64,000 nt of DNA, from assembly GCA_963828165.1 (NCBI GenBank), contig CAWHDR010000001.1, positions 1,216,001 to 1,280,000 of the forward strand. The letters run 5' to 3'. The notes under the pieces are model-generated. The model was not told the DNA's origin. It did not search any database and saw only the letters and a program-made list of their open reading frames with translations. The position numbers were made by a program, and so were the translations under genes. This stretch comes from an uncultured Chloroflexia bacterium (GTDB lineage Bacteria > Chloroflexota > Limnocylindria > Limnocylindrales > CSP1-4). Position 1 is the first letter of the stretch. Every line of letters begins with the position of its first letter. Below are positions 18,430-28,112 of this stretch, piece by piece.

Positions 18430-19604
18430 CCGACGGATCCCGCCCCGTGCTGCAAGCCGACTGCCGCGGCGGATGACGGTTGCGGCGTCAGGTCCGCGCC
18501 GTCCTCCCCGGCGCGGACCTCCCACGCCCGTGCGACCTCACGCAGCGCCGGGTCGAGGTCGTCGAGCGTCGTCGTCGTCACGAACGCCTGGGGCAGCTCC
18601 GCGATGCGGCGGACGAGGTGTGCCCGGCGAAGCGGATCCAGCTCGCTGAACACGTCGTCCAGCAACAGCAGGGGCGGCCGGCCGTCGAGCTCGGTCAGAA
18701 GGTCCAGTTCGGCGAGCTTGAAGGCGAGGATCGCGGTCCGCTGCTGCCCACGCGAGGCGAACCCGGCGAGATCGCGGCCGGCCAGGTCGAAGGCGATATC
18801 GTCGCGATGCGGCCCGATCACCGTCGAGCCGTTCCAGATCTCTTTGTCGGCGGTGTCGATCAGCCGCCGGGCGAGGGCCTCGCGCGGCGTCTCGGCGGCG
18901 AGCATCGGGGCATTGGTCACGTAGCGCAGGGTCATCCCGCCGGCAGCCGCTTCCTCCGGCGCGATCTCACCATGCGCGGCCGCGAGCGGCGCCGCCAGGA
19001 GCCCGAGGAGCCGGAGCCGCGCCTCGACGACCCGCGCGCCGGTGTCGAGGAAGCTGTCGTCCCAGAACCGGAGCTGGTCGCGGGTTGCGGTCTCCTCCCG
19101 GATCGCCCGCAACAGGCTGTTGCGCTGCTGGAGCGTGCGGCCGTACGTGGCGAGATCATCGGCATAGGCCGGGAAATGCGCCGTCGCCAGCGTGTCGATG
19201 GCCGCACGCCGCAAGGATGGCGACCCGATCACGAGCAGCATCTCCTCGGGCGCGAACAGCACGACTCGCAGGTACTGCCCCAGGCCGCTCGCACGGCGAC
19301 CGAGGCCATTGATCCGAACGCGCTTGCGACCACCGCTGCCGTCCGCGCCGGAGCGTGTGACCGCGACCTCCAGGACGTCGTCACCGACGCGCCCCTCGAC
19401 GCGGGCGAGCTCGCGGCCCCAGCGGATCAGCTCGCCGTCGGCATTGGTCCGATGCGATCGACCCCAACCGAGGAGCGCGATGCCCTCCAGCAGGCTCGTC
19501 TTGCCCGCTGCATTCGGTCCGTGGACGAGATGAGCACCGGGACCGAAGGAAGCCTCGAGCGTGGCGTACCCCCGCAGATCGAGGGCGATGATCGAATCAA
19601 GCAC
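18426..19604 (-). CDS. recF: DNA replication/repair protein RecF
   Basis: GPNAAGKTSLLE Walker A, GPHRDD, SRGQQR, LLLDDVFSELD. Confidence 0.97.
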   Translation of the reverse strand: MLDSIIALDLRGYATLEASFGPGAHLVHGPNAAGKTSLLEGIALLGWGRSHRTNADGELIRWGRELARVEGRVGDDVLEVAVTRSGADGSGGRKRVRINGLGRRASGLGQYLRVVLFAPEEMLLVIGSPSLRRAAIDTLATAHFPAYADDLATYGRTLQQRNSLLRAIREETATRDQLRFWDDSFLDTGARVVEARLRLLGLLAAPLAAAHGEIAPEEAAAGGMTLRYVTNAPMLAAETPREALARRLIDTADKEIWNGSTVIGPHRDDIAFDLAGRDLAGFASRGQQRTAILAFKLAELDLLTELDGRPPLLLLDDVFSELDPLRRAHLVRRIAELPQAFVTTTTLDDLDPALREVARAWEVRAGEDGADLTPQPSSAAAVGLQHGAGSVG

Positions 19605-19708
19605 GTGATACCGGCACCCTCAATCGGGAGCCACCACTCGCGCTCCGAGGTCCAAAGGGGAGCACCGCGACCACATTGGCCCGAAGATTCCGAGGATTCC
19701 GAAGATCC

Positions 19709-20827
19709 CTACGAGGTCGTCCGGACCGGCATGACGACATGGACGTACTGGTCGTCACCGATGGGCTTGAAGACACCGGGGGACAGCGGGCCGTTGAGCT
19801 CGAGCGCGAATTGCTCGGCGGCGACGTTGGTCAGGACATCCGCCAGGTAGCGCGCATTGAAGGCGATGGTCGTGCCATCGCCCTCCACCGCCGCCTCGAC
19901 CTGACCTACGTGATCGCCGACCTCCGCGTTCGCGCTGACCGTGATGCCGCCGTCGCCATCCCCGCCGATCTGGAGCTTGACGATGTTCGCGGACTCGTGC
20001 GCGATCAGCGCCGCGGGGCGAACGGCTCGGAGCAACTCCTCGCGATCGAGCACCGCACGCGTCGCGTGCGCCTGGGGCATGACCTGCTGGTAGTTCGGGA
20101 ACTGGCCGTCGATGAGCCGGCTGACGAGATCGATGCCGTCGAGGTGGAAGAGGACCTGGTTGCGACCGGCTGCCAGCACGACCTCGACCGGGTCGTCGAC
20201 GTCCGCGAGGATGCGCGACAGCTCATTGAGGGCGCGGGCCGGGATGACGACGCTCGTCTCCGGCACGGCGTCGAGGATCGGCACGGTCTTGACGGCGATC
20301 CGGTAGTTGTCGGCCGCCGCCAGGGTCAGCTGGTCGCCTTCGAAGCGTGCCAGCACGCCGGTCAGGATCGGTCGCGCCTCGTCACTCGCCGCGGCGAAGG
20401 CCGTTTCCGCCAGGGCGCGTCGGAGGACGTTCTGGGCGATCCGCGTGGTCGGTCGCTCACCGGCTGTCTGGATGGCCGGAAACTCCTCCGCGTCGATGCC
20501 CTTGATGTGGGTCTGGAAACGTCCGGCCTTGACGTGCAGCGTGTCGCCGGCCGTGACTTCGAGCTCCACCTTGTCGCCCGGCGGCAGGGAGTTGACGAGG
20601 TCGGTGAGGAGCTTGGCCGGGACCGTCGTCGCGCCATCCTCGTCGATCTTGCCCGGGACCCAGTACGTGATCCCGATCTCGAGGTTCGTGGCGGTCAGCT
20701 TCAGGCCGGCGTCCTCGGTCTTGAGCAGGACATTGGCCAGGACCGGGAGCGTGCTCCGGCTGGAGACGGCGCGGGTGACGACGGACAGGCCGCGCGCCAG
20801 GTTCTCCTGCATGACCGAGAGTCTCAC
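19709..20827 (-). CDS. dnaN: DNA polymerase III beta sliding clamp
   Basis: ATNLEIGI, RPILTGV, SRLIDGQFPNY, IAFNARYL, VVMPVR. Confidence 0.97.
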   Translation of the reverse strand: MRLSVMQENLARGLSVVTRAVSSRSTLPVLANVLLKTEDAGLKLTATNLEIGITYWVPGKIDEDGATTVPAKLLTDLVNSLPPGDKVELEVTAGDTLHVKAGRFQTHIKGIDAEEFPAIQTAGERPTTRIAQNVLRRALAETAFAAASDEARPILTGVLARFEGDQLTLAAADNYRIAVKTVPILDAVPETSVVIPARALNELSRILADVDDPVEVVLAAGRNQVLFHLDGIDLVSRLIDGQFPNYQQVMPQAHATRAVLDREELLRAVRPAALIAHESANIVKLQIGGDGDGGITVSANAEVGDHVGQVEAAVEGDGTTIAFNARYLADVLTNVAAEQFALELNGPLSPGVFKPIGDDQYVHVVMPVRTTS

Positions 20828-20939
20828 GTCGGATGCACTCCACTTCGATGGCTGGGGGCGCCGCGGTGATGGACTGCGGGTCCGATCGGCTGGCTCGTGT
20901 CCGGGGACCATGCGGGGCGTTCCACGTCCGGGCGCGGGA

Positions 20940-21240
20940 TGGGTGGTGGGTATCTTCTCTCTATCTTCTCACTCCGTCATCACCGTAGTAATGGTGTGGA
21001 ACGTGGGGACGGGCACGCTCGTGGCCGCACGATGAGGCGGTGGACGGGCGACGGCCTCCCGTGGAGAAGCCTGGTCCGATCGGGGGCACGACCGTCGAGA
21101 GGCGGTGGACAGCCGGCGCCGAGCCCCCGTACCTGGCCGACGAAGGGCCGATCCTCCACCGCAGAAGTGGCCATGTCCACGTCGTGTCGCGTCCTTGTCC
21201 ACGCCCGAATCGGCGAGTCGAAGCGTGGTGCCCACAACGG
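20940..21240. other. Probable oriC (dnaA-dnaN intergenic): degenerate DnaA boxes plus a low-GC unwinding element
   Basis: Cluster of TGTGGAAC/GTGGAG/GTGGAC/TGTCCAC/CCCACA box-like motifs; lower-GC tract 20951-20994 with trio-like repeats next to two tandem boxes. Confidence 0.7.
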
Positions 21241-21302
21241 ATGCGACCCGGGAGGACGTAACGGCGCCCGTTCCGGCCGGGCTCGTGCGGATGGCCGCCG
21301 CC

Positions 21303-22685
21303 TCAGTCGGCGTAGATCAACTCGCGGACCGCGGCGATCTCGCGGCGCAGCTCGTCGTTCACGGCGATCTCGCGGGTGATCTTGTCGCAGGCATGCAGCA
21401 CGGTCGAGTGATCGCGGTTGCCGAGCTCCGCCCCGATGCGCAGCAGGGAGACGTCGGTCTCCTCGCGCATCAGGAACATCGCGATCTGGCGCGGCATGAC
21501 GATGGCCTTGTCCCGCTTCTGGCCCTGGAGCGCATCCATCGGGACGCTGTAGTAGTCCGAGACCGCACGAGCGATCCGCTCCGGCGTCACCTGGCGCTTC
21601 TTCGGGTTGTACAGGACGTTGGACAGCACGGCCTGGGCGAGCTCGATGCTGATCGGGGTGGCGCCCATGCTCGAGAACGCAACGATGCGGTTGAGCGCCC
21701 CCTCGAGCTCACGGATGTTGCTCACGACCTTGCGCGCGATGAATTCGATGACGTCCGACGTGATCGGGACCGCGCCCTCCTCCGCCTTGGCCCGCAGGAT
21801 CGCGATCCGTGTCTCGAGGTCCGGAGCGGTCAGGTCAGCGATGAGACCCCATTCGAAGCGGCTGCGCAGCCGCTCCTCGAGGGTGAGGATGGCCTTGGGC
21901 GGCCGGTCGGAGCTCAGCACGATCTGCTTTCCATCCTCGTGGATGGCATTGAACGTGTGGAAGAACTCCTCCTGGGTGCGCTCCTTGTCCGCGATGAACT
22001 GGATGTCGTCGATGAGCAGCAGGTCGATCCGGCGGTAGCGGGCCCTGAATTCGTCGATCTTGCCCTGCTGGATGCTCGTGATGAATTCGTTGGTGAACTT
22101 CTCGGACGTCGCATACACGACGCGCTTGCGCGGGAAGCGGGCGATGACCTGGTTGCCGATCGCGTGCATCAGGTGGGTCTTGCCAAGACCGACCCCGCCG
22201 TACAAGAAGAGCGGGTTGTAGGCGTGGCCCGGGCGCTCGGCGACGGACAGGCTCGCGGCGTGGGCCAGCCGGTTGGCCGAGCCGACGATGAAGTTGGCGA
22301 AGGTGTAGCGCGGGTTGAGGTTGGTGGCGCCGCCCTCACCGCCGACCCGTGTCGGCTCCACCCGGACGTGCTGGCCGGCCGGTCGTTCCGCCGTCGCACC
22401 GAGAGCCGTCGCGCCGGGAGCGGGGGCCACGGCTTCCGGGGCAGGCCCGACGATGAATTCCACCTGGACGCTGTAGCCGACGATCCGGGCGAGGGTCTGG
22501 CTGATCAGGGAGCGGTAGCGGGTCTCCAGCCAGTCCTTCGAGAAGCCGTTGGGGACGGCGATCCGGAACCGCTGCTCGTCCACGTCGACGAGCTCGGTGT
22601 CGCGCAACCACGTCTCGTAGTTGGCGGGCGACAAGGAGACCTGGAGCTCACCGAGGGCGGCTCGCCAGACTTGCTTCGCGTCCAT
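21303..22685 (-). CDS. dnaA: Chromosomal replication initiator DnaA
   Basis: YNPLFLYGGVGLGKTHL, LLIDDIQF, RLRSRFEWGL, RDHSTVLHA. Confidence 0.99.
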   Translation of the reverse strand: MDAKQVWRAALGELQVSLSPANYETWLRDTELVDVDEQRFRIAVPNGFSKDWLETRYRSLISQTLARIVGYSVQVEFIVGPAPEAVAPAPGATALGATAERPAGQHVRVEPTRVGGEGGATNLNPRYTFANFIVGSANRLAHAASLSVAERPGHAYNPLFLYGGVGLGKTHLMHAIGNQVIARFPRKRVVYATSEKFTNEFITSIQQGKIDEFRARYRRIDLLLIDDIQFIADKERTQEEFFHTFNAIHEDGKQIVLSSDRPPKAILTLEERLRSRFEWGLIADLTAPDLETRIAILRAKAEEGAVPITSDVIEFIARKVVSNIRELEGALNRIVAFSSMGATPISIELAQAVLSNVLYNPKKRQVTPERIARAVSDYYSVPMDALQGQKRDKAIVMPRQIAMFLMREETDVSLLRIGAELGNRDHSTVLHACDKITREIAVNDELRREIAAVRELIYAD

Positions 22686-23028
22686 TCGTTCGATGGGACC
22701 TGCGCTTTAGTGACGGTCGATAGATGGCGCCGGCCATGGTCGGGGTCGGCGAAGCCAGGGTCCGCGAAGCGTCCACACGACGCCCATCCGGAGCCGGATG
22801 ACTCGCTGCCTTACCACAGTCCGAGGCCTGCGTGAGGTCTCCCGCGAACGTCCCGGCGCCGAGGGCTCGGAGAGGATAGCACCGGCGCAGACGGCGTCGC
22901 AAGGCGATTCCCACATACTCCCTGGGAGTATGCGTGCGGACGGCCGCCGGACGCCCGCGGGTCGCTCCGGGGATGGCCCGGGCGCGCGGTCGGTGCCCGC
23001 GATCGGCGTCCCGGACGCCCTTCATCGT

Positions 23029-23058
23029 TTGACACCCATTCGAGACAGGCCATATCAT
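23029..23058 (+). promoter_or_regulatory. sigma70-type promoter of rpmH operon
   Basis: TTGACA-18 bp-TATCAT. Confidence 0.7.
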
Positions 23059-23173
23059 CCGCCGGACGAAGACGCGCCATGCGCCCGTGGGTGCCGGCGC
23101 GTTTGCGTGCCTCTAGGGGAAGTCGGAGCGACCGTTCCCCGAGGTCGGACGGAGAGGATCTCGGACAGACCCG

Positions 23174-23311
23174 ATGACGAAGCAGACCTACCAGCCCAAG
23201 AAGCGCCATCGCGCCAAGGAACACGGCTTCCGCGCCCGCATGAGGACGACAGCGGGTCGCCGAATCCTGGCAACCCGGCGGGCTCGCGGTCGGAAGCGGC
23301 TGACGGCCTGA
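23174..23311 (+). CDS. rpmH: 50S ribosomal protein L34
   Basis: Hand translation [45 protein letters not shown] (below the ORF-track cutoff). Confidence 0.97.
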   Translation: MTKQTYQPKKRHRAKEHGFRARMRTTAGRRILATRRARGRKRLTA

Positions 23312-23346
23312 CGACCGAGCGCGGCACACCCACGCCGCGACTCGTG

Positions 23347-23679
23347 ATGCTCTCCCGCCCACAGGACTTCGCGGCGATCCAGGGCTCCGGGACGACCAAG
23401 TCCCACCCGTTGTTCTCCGCCCGGTTCCTTCGGACCGATCTCGAGACGACCCGCTTCGGCCTGTCGACCGGCCGCCGACTCGGTAACGCGGTGGTCCGGA
23501 ATCGGGTCCGCCGACGACTCCGCGAGGCGCTCAGGGTGATGGCGCCCTCGTTCCAGCCCGGCTGGGACGTCCTCATCATCGCCCGGCCCGCGATCGTCGA
23601 GGCCGACCATGACGCGCTGGTCGGAGCGTTGCAACGGATACTCATCCGGGGCGGCGTGTTCGGAGGAGCCACGTCATGA
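23347..23679 (+). CDS. rnpA: Ribonuclease P protein component
   Basis: [25 protein letters not shown]; synteny. Confidence 0.95.
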   Translation: MLSRPQDFAAIQGSGTTKSHPLFSARFLRTDLETTRFGLSTGRRLGNAVVRNRVRRRLREALRVMAPSFQPGWDVLIIARPAIVEADHDALVGALQRILIRGGVFGGATS

Positions 23680-23882
23680 AGCACATCGGGATCGGGCTGA
23701 TCAAGCTCTACCGGATCGTGTTCGCGTGGCTGCCGCCATCGTGTCGATACGAGCCGACCTGTTCGCACTACGCGGAACAGGCGATCTCGAAGTACGGGCT
23801 GCTGAAGGGGAGCTGGATGGGCGCCAAGCGCATCGCCAGATGTCACCCGTGGAATCCGGGCGGGTATGACCCGGTCCGCTAG
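23676..23882 (+). CDS. yidD: Membrane protein insertion efficiency factor YidD
   Basis: [23 protein letters not shown]. Confidence 0.95.
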   Translation: MKHIGIGLIKLYRIVFAWLPPSCRYEPTCSHYAEQAISKYGLLKGSWMGAKRIARCHPWNPGGYDPVR

Positions 23883-23897
23883 CGAGGCGTTGCGCCC

Positions 23898-25052
23898 GTG
23901 ACCCTGTCCCCGACCGTGCGCCGGATCGGTCCGGCGCTCCTGTTCTTCCTGCTGGTGGCCGTGGTCATCGCCGCCTGCATGCCCGGAACGACGACCGACG
24001 GCTCGGGCGTCGTCGTCACCCCGACGCCGATGCCGCCCCTGGAACCGGCCAAGCCGACCGATCCATTGAGCCTCTTCTCGTGGATCTTCACGCCCCTCTT
24101 CCAGGTCATGCTCATCATCCTGCTCGCGGTCTACCAGTTCCTCGAGAGCCTGGGCGTCCCGGGGGCGATCGCCTGGTCGATCGTCGTGCTCACCCTGATC
24201 GTCCGGGCGGTCCTGATCCCGCTCTACCGCAAGCAGCTGGTTTCCCAGCGCCGGATGCAGCTCATCCAGCCGGAGCTCAAGGAGGTTCAGAAGCGCTACA
24301 AGGGCGACCAGATGAAGGCGCGGTTGGCCCAGCAGGAGCTGTTCAAGGAGCGCGGCGTGAACCCGCTGGCGGGCTGCCTGCCGCTCCTGCTCCAGCTGCC
24401 GCTCCTCTTCATCATGTACTCGGTCATCCAGAACGGGCTGACCAACCAGGACCCGAGCGCGATGCTGACGGTCTTCGGCGTCCAGGTCGTGGACATCGAT
24501 TGCAAGAACGTCGTGAACGGCGTGATCGACGCCGCCAGGCCCTGCATCGACGCCAACGTTCCGATCCTCGGCAACATCGCGGTGCCCCAGGCATTCCTGT
24601 GGGTGGCCGGGTTCGGCCTGAGCTTCCTCGCCATCATCTCGGCCCTGCTCCAGCTCGTGCAGTCCCGGATGATGCTGCCGGTCGCCGACCCGACCAACGA
24701 CGACCCGAACGTCCGGATCCAGCGCCAGACGATGCTGTTCCTGCCGCTCATCTCCGTCGTCTACGGCGGGTTCCTGCCGGCGGGCCTGTTCATCTACTGG
24801 ATCGTTGCCACGATCTTCTCGATCGTGCAGCAGTACCTGATCGTCGGCTGGGGCGCCATGTTCCCCCTGTTCGGGCGGACGCCAGCCTTCGCGGTCGATC
24901 ACACCCCGCGTTATCCGGTGGCGATGCCACCCCCACCAGAGCCAGGCAAGCGTGCGGCCATCCTGACCGACGCAGACAAGAAGACGACGGCTACCAAGAC
25001 GATTCGCCCCCGCGAGCGGGGCCGTCAGGGCCGACGAGGGAGACGACGCTGA
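23898..25052 (+). CDS. yidC: Membrane protein insertase YidC/Oxa1
   Basis: QPELKEVQKRYK, GVNPLAGCLPLLLQLP, PAGLFIYW. Confidence 0.95.
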   Translation: MTLSPTVRRIGPALLFFLLVAVVIAACMPGTTTDGSGVVVTPTPMPPLEPAKPTDPLSLFSWIFTPLFQVMLIILLAVYQFLESLGVPGAIAWSIVVLTLIVRAVLIPLYRKQLVSQRRMQLIQPELKEVQKRYKGDQMKARLAQQELFKERGVNPLAGCLPLLLQLPLLFIMYSVIQNGLTNQDPSAMLTVFGVQVVDIDCKNVVNGVIDAARPCIDANVPILGNIAVPQAFLWVAGFGLSFLAIISALLQLVQSRMMLPVADPTNDDPNVRIQRQTMLFLPLISVVYGGFLPAGLFIYWIVATIFSIVQQYLIVGWGAMFPLFGRTPAFAVDHTPRYPVAMPPPPEPGKRAAILTDADKKTTATKTIRPRERGRQGRRGRRR

Positions 25053-25054
25053 CC

Positions 25055-26155
25055 ATGAGTGCTTACAAGGAATTCTCCGGAAAGTCCGTGGAGGACGCCC
25101 TGCGCGCCGCGCGCGAGGAATTCGGGGCCGAGCTCAACGACCTCGATTTTGAGATCCTGACGCCGGGCAGCCGCGGGGTCCTGGGTATGGGCGCCGAGCC
25201 GGCCCGGATCGTGGCCGCCCCGCGTCAGGCGCTCGGTGGAGCGGCGCCCAAGCGCGATGCCGCGGCGTCCGCCCCGCTCCCGGCGCCGCCCGCCCGTGAC
25301 TACGCCGAACGCGACCGTGGACCTCGCCGCGACGACCGCGGCGACCGAGGCCCCCGACGCGAGGACCGCGGCGACCGCGGTCCGCGTCGCGATGACCGCG
25401 GTCCGCGCCCCGACGATCGTCCGCGAGACGATCGCCCGCCGCGCCAGGACGCCCCGAGCGAGGAACGCGTCGCGAGTGCGGCCCCGAGTCCCGATGACCG
25501 CCCGCGCGAGGAGCGGCCCGACCGCGGCCCGCGTCGCGATCGGCCGGACCGCGGCCCGCGTCGCGACGATCGACCACCGCGCCGATCCGCCCCCGCCGCG
25601 GATCTCTCCGCATCGGAGGCCGCCGAGGTGGCGGCTGCTCGTGGCTCAGTGGCCGCCGAACGAGCCGAGCTCGAGGCTGCGGAGGCGTCTCCCGAGGCGC
25701 TCGCCGCGGGCCAGCGAATCCTCGAGACGCTGATGGGCCACCTGGGCTTCGATGCCCGGGTCGAGGTCGCCGCCGGTGAGACGAGCCGCCTCAATGTCGT
25801 TGCCCAGGGTGACGATCGCGACGCGCTCGGCGCGCTCATCGGGCGCAAGGGCGAGCGCCTCTCAGCGCTCCAGCATCTCGTGAACCTGATGCTCTCGAAG
25901 GAGATCGGAGCGTGGACGAGGGTCCTCGTCGATGTCGAGGACTATCGCGGGCGTCGTGAGCGCCAGCTGCGCGAGCTGGCCGACCGTGCCGCCGCGCGAG
26001 TCGTCGAGACCGGCAAGATGCTCCAGCTGGAGCCGATGCCGGCACTCGAACGACGCTGGATCCACCTCACGTTGCGCGATCACGCGGGGGTCGCCACACA
26101 GTCCATCGGCGAGGAACCGAACCGTCGCGTGGTCCTGGTCCCGCGGGCCGGCTGA
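25055..26155 (+). CDS. jag: Jag/EloR (KhpB) RNA-binding protein with long RD-rich linker
   Basis: Jag_N GKSVEDAL; KH LIGRKGERLSALQ; R3H ERRWIH, SIGEEPNRRV. Confidence 0.93.
   Translation: MSAYKEFSGKSVEDALRAAREEFGAELNDLDFEILTPGSRGVLGMGAEPARIVAAPRQALGGAAPKRDAAASAPLPAPPARDYAERDRGPRRDDRGDRGPRREDRGDRGPRRDDRGPRPDDRPRDDRPPRQDAPSEERVASAAPSPDDRPREERPDRGPRRDRPDRGPRRDDRPPRRSAPAADLSASEAAEVAAARGSVAAERAELEAAEASPEALAAGQRILETLMGHLGFDARVEVAAGETSRLNVVAQGDDRDALGALIGRKGERLSALQHLVNLMLSKEIGAWTRVLVDVEDYRGRRERQLRELADRAAARVVETGKMLQLEPMPALERRWIHLTLRDHAGVATQSIGEEPNRRVVLVPRAG
25310..25580 (+). repeat. Imperfect coding tandem repeats (RGPRRDDRGD / RPDRGPRR)
   Basis: Repeated gaccgcggcccgcgtcgcga-like units within jag. 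Confidence 0.7.
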
Positions 26156-26271
26156 CCATCGCCGGGGCACGATTCGGGCGCCGGGCGTCACGAAAGCCGT
26201 TACCTCGGCGTCATCATCGAGCCCGGTTCCTTGACGGGACCCCGTTCTTTGGCTGCTAGGATGTCGCTCCC

Positions 26272-28110
26272 ATGACCACGACCACCCCCGATTCCGTCGG
26301 GGTCGCCGTTCCGGAAACGCGTCGCCCATCGGGCCGCGTGCGCTTCGCCGTGGCCTTCATCATCGGTCTGCTCCTCGCGACCGTGGCGGGCGTCGGGGCC
26401 CTGTATGCGTACGACCAGCAGTACATCGGCCGCGTGTTGCCCGGCGTCCGTGTCGGCACGGTAGACCTGTCCGGACTCGAACCGGCCGCGGCGGCGGAAC
26501 GCCTGCGCGACGCCTACGGGTCGTTGAGCGAAGGCGAGATCATCCTGAAGTCCCCGCGAGGATCGACCTCCATCAGCTTTGCCGACATCGGGCGCGGGCC
26601 GGATGTCGAAGCGATGCTGGCCGAGGCTCTCGCCGTCGGGCGCGAGGGGAATCCGGTGGAGCGCGTCATCGCCGACGCCCGGACCGCCATCCGCGGCGTC
26701 ACCCTGACGCCGCGCGTCACCTTTGACGCCGACGCCCTGGCCGAGCGCATCGTCGCCTACGCCGATTCGCTCGCGCGCGAGCCGGTCGACGCTTCGGTCC
26801 AGCCGGTCAAGACACGGTTCGTCGTCCACGCCGGGGTGGCCGGCCGCCTGGCCGACGCCGCGGTACCGATCGAAGCCGCGTTCGCCGACGTCGGTGGGCT
26901 CGACGCCCCCGCCTCGCTGACCTACGCCCTGCCCGTTCGCGCCGTCGACCCCGATGTCACCACGGCCGAGGCGTCGGCGGCCAAGGCCACGGCGGAGCGG
27001 ATCGCCGCGGAGGTCACGCTCACCGCCAAGACCGGCAAGCAGAAGATCACCCAGTCACGGCTCCGGTCGTGGATCACGTTCGCCCCGACCGCCGACGGTG
27101 GATACGCCCCCACCATGGACACCGCCGGCCTCCCGGACGTCCTGAAGAAGCTCGCCAAGAAGATCAATCAGGCTCCGATCAATGCCTCGTTCAAGACATC
27201 CGGCGGCCGGATCACCGGCGTGACCGCGAGCAAGACCGGCTACAAGATGGACGTCGAGGCGACCCAGAAGCAGGTCCTGGCCCTGATCGCCGCCCGCCTC
27301 GAGGGCGGCACGGGCAAATCGATCGAGCCGACCGCCAAGGTCACGCAGCCCGCACTCACGACCGCCGAGGCCAAGGCCGCCCGTCCGAAGATGCGCAAGA
27401 TCTCGCAGTGGACGACGCCCTTCCCGGTCAGCGATCGGAACGGGTTCGGCGCGAACATCTGGATCCCGGCGCGGTTGATCAATGGCTACGTCGTCGCTCC
27501 GCGTGCCACCTTCGACTTCTGGGACGCCGTCGGACCCGTCACCCGCGCCAAGGGTTACAAGTCCGGTGGCGCGATCATCAACGGCCGGACCGAGCCGCAG
27601 GGCGCCCTCGCGGGCGGGATCTGCTCATGCTCCACCACGCTCTTCAACGCCGCGCTGCGGGCCGGCTACGAGATGGGCGCCCGACGCAACCACTACTACT
27701 ACATCGACCGCTACCCGATCGGGCTCGACGCGACGGTGTTCATCAGCGCCTCGGGCTCCAAGCAGACGGTCTCGTTCACGAACGACACGGACTACCCGCT
27801 GCTCATCCGCGGGTACGGCTTCCGGGATGGCGGGACCGGCTATGTGCGGTTCGAGATGTACAGCGTACCGACGGGTCGTGACGTGGACATCCACCTTGGT
27901 CGGAAGCAGAACCTCCGATATGCCACGGACACGGTCCAGTACACGTCGAGCCTGGCGCCCGGCGTCCGCAAGCGCATCGAGTATCCGGTCAATGGCTTCC
28001 AGGTCACCTCGACGCGGGTCGTCCGGGATCGGAAGGGCAACGTGATCCACCGAGACTCGTACTACTCGAACTACGCGCGGATCACCGGCATCACGCTCGT
28101 GGGGCGCTGA
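26272..28110 (+). CDS. VanW family protein with peptidoglycan-binding (PG_binding_4-like) and G5-like regions
   Basis: N-terminal TM; GGICSCSTTLFNAAL, RRNH, YPIGLDATV, FTNDT. Confidence 0.88.
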   Translation: MTTTTPDSVGVAVPETRRPSGRVRFAVAFIIGLLLATVAGVGALYAYDQQYIGRVLPGVRVGTVDLSGLEPAAAAERLRDAYGSLSEGEIILKSPRGSTSISFADIGRGPDVEAMLAEALAVGREGNPVERVIADARTAIRGVTLTPRVTFDADALAERIVAYADSLAREPVDASVQPVKTRFVVHAGVAGRLADAAVPIEAAFADVGGLDAPASLTYALPVRAVDPDVTTAEASAAKATAERIAAEVTLTAKTGKQKITQSRLRSWITFAPTADGGYAPTMDTAGLPDVLKKLAKKINQAPINASFKTSGGRITGVTASKTGYKMDVEATQKQVLALIAARLEGGTGKSIEPTAKVTQPALTTAEAKAARPKMRKISQWTTPFPVSDRNGFGANIWIPARLINGYVVAPRATFDFWDAVGPVTRAKGYKSGGAIINGRTEPQGALAGGICSCSTTLFNAALRAGYEMGARRNHYYYIDRYPIGLDATVFISASGSKQTVSFTNDTDYPLLIRGYGFRDGGTGYVRFEMYSVPTGRDVDIHLGRKQNLRYATDTVQYTSSLAPGVRKRIEYPVNGFQVTSTRVVRDRKGNVIHRDSYYSNYARITGITLVGR

Positions 28111-28112
28111 AC

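Noticed and set aside
19680-19708. Three 9-bp tandem repeats (CCGAAGATT-like) after dnaN
   Set aside because: Too short, with no spacers and no cas genes; not a CRISPR array.
22914-22932. Hairpin CATACTCC-ctg-GGAGTATG between dnaA and rpmH
   Set aside because: An isolated 8-bp stem with no assignable function.
26272-28110. VanW and APH (33746-34492) as antibiotic resistance genes
   Set aside because: Both families are widespread with non-resistance roles; no van cluster or mobile context.
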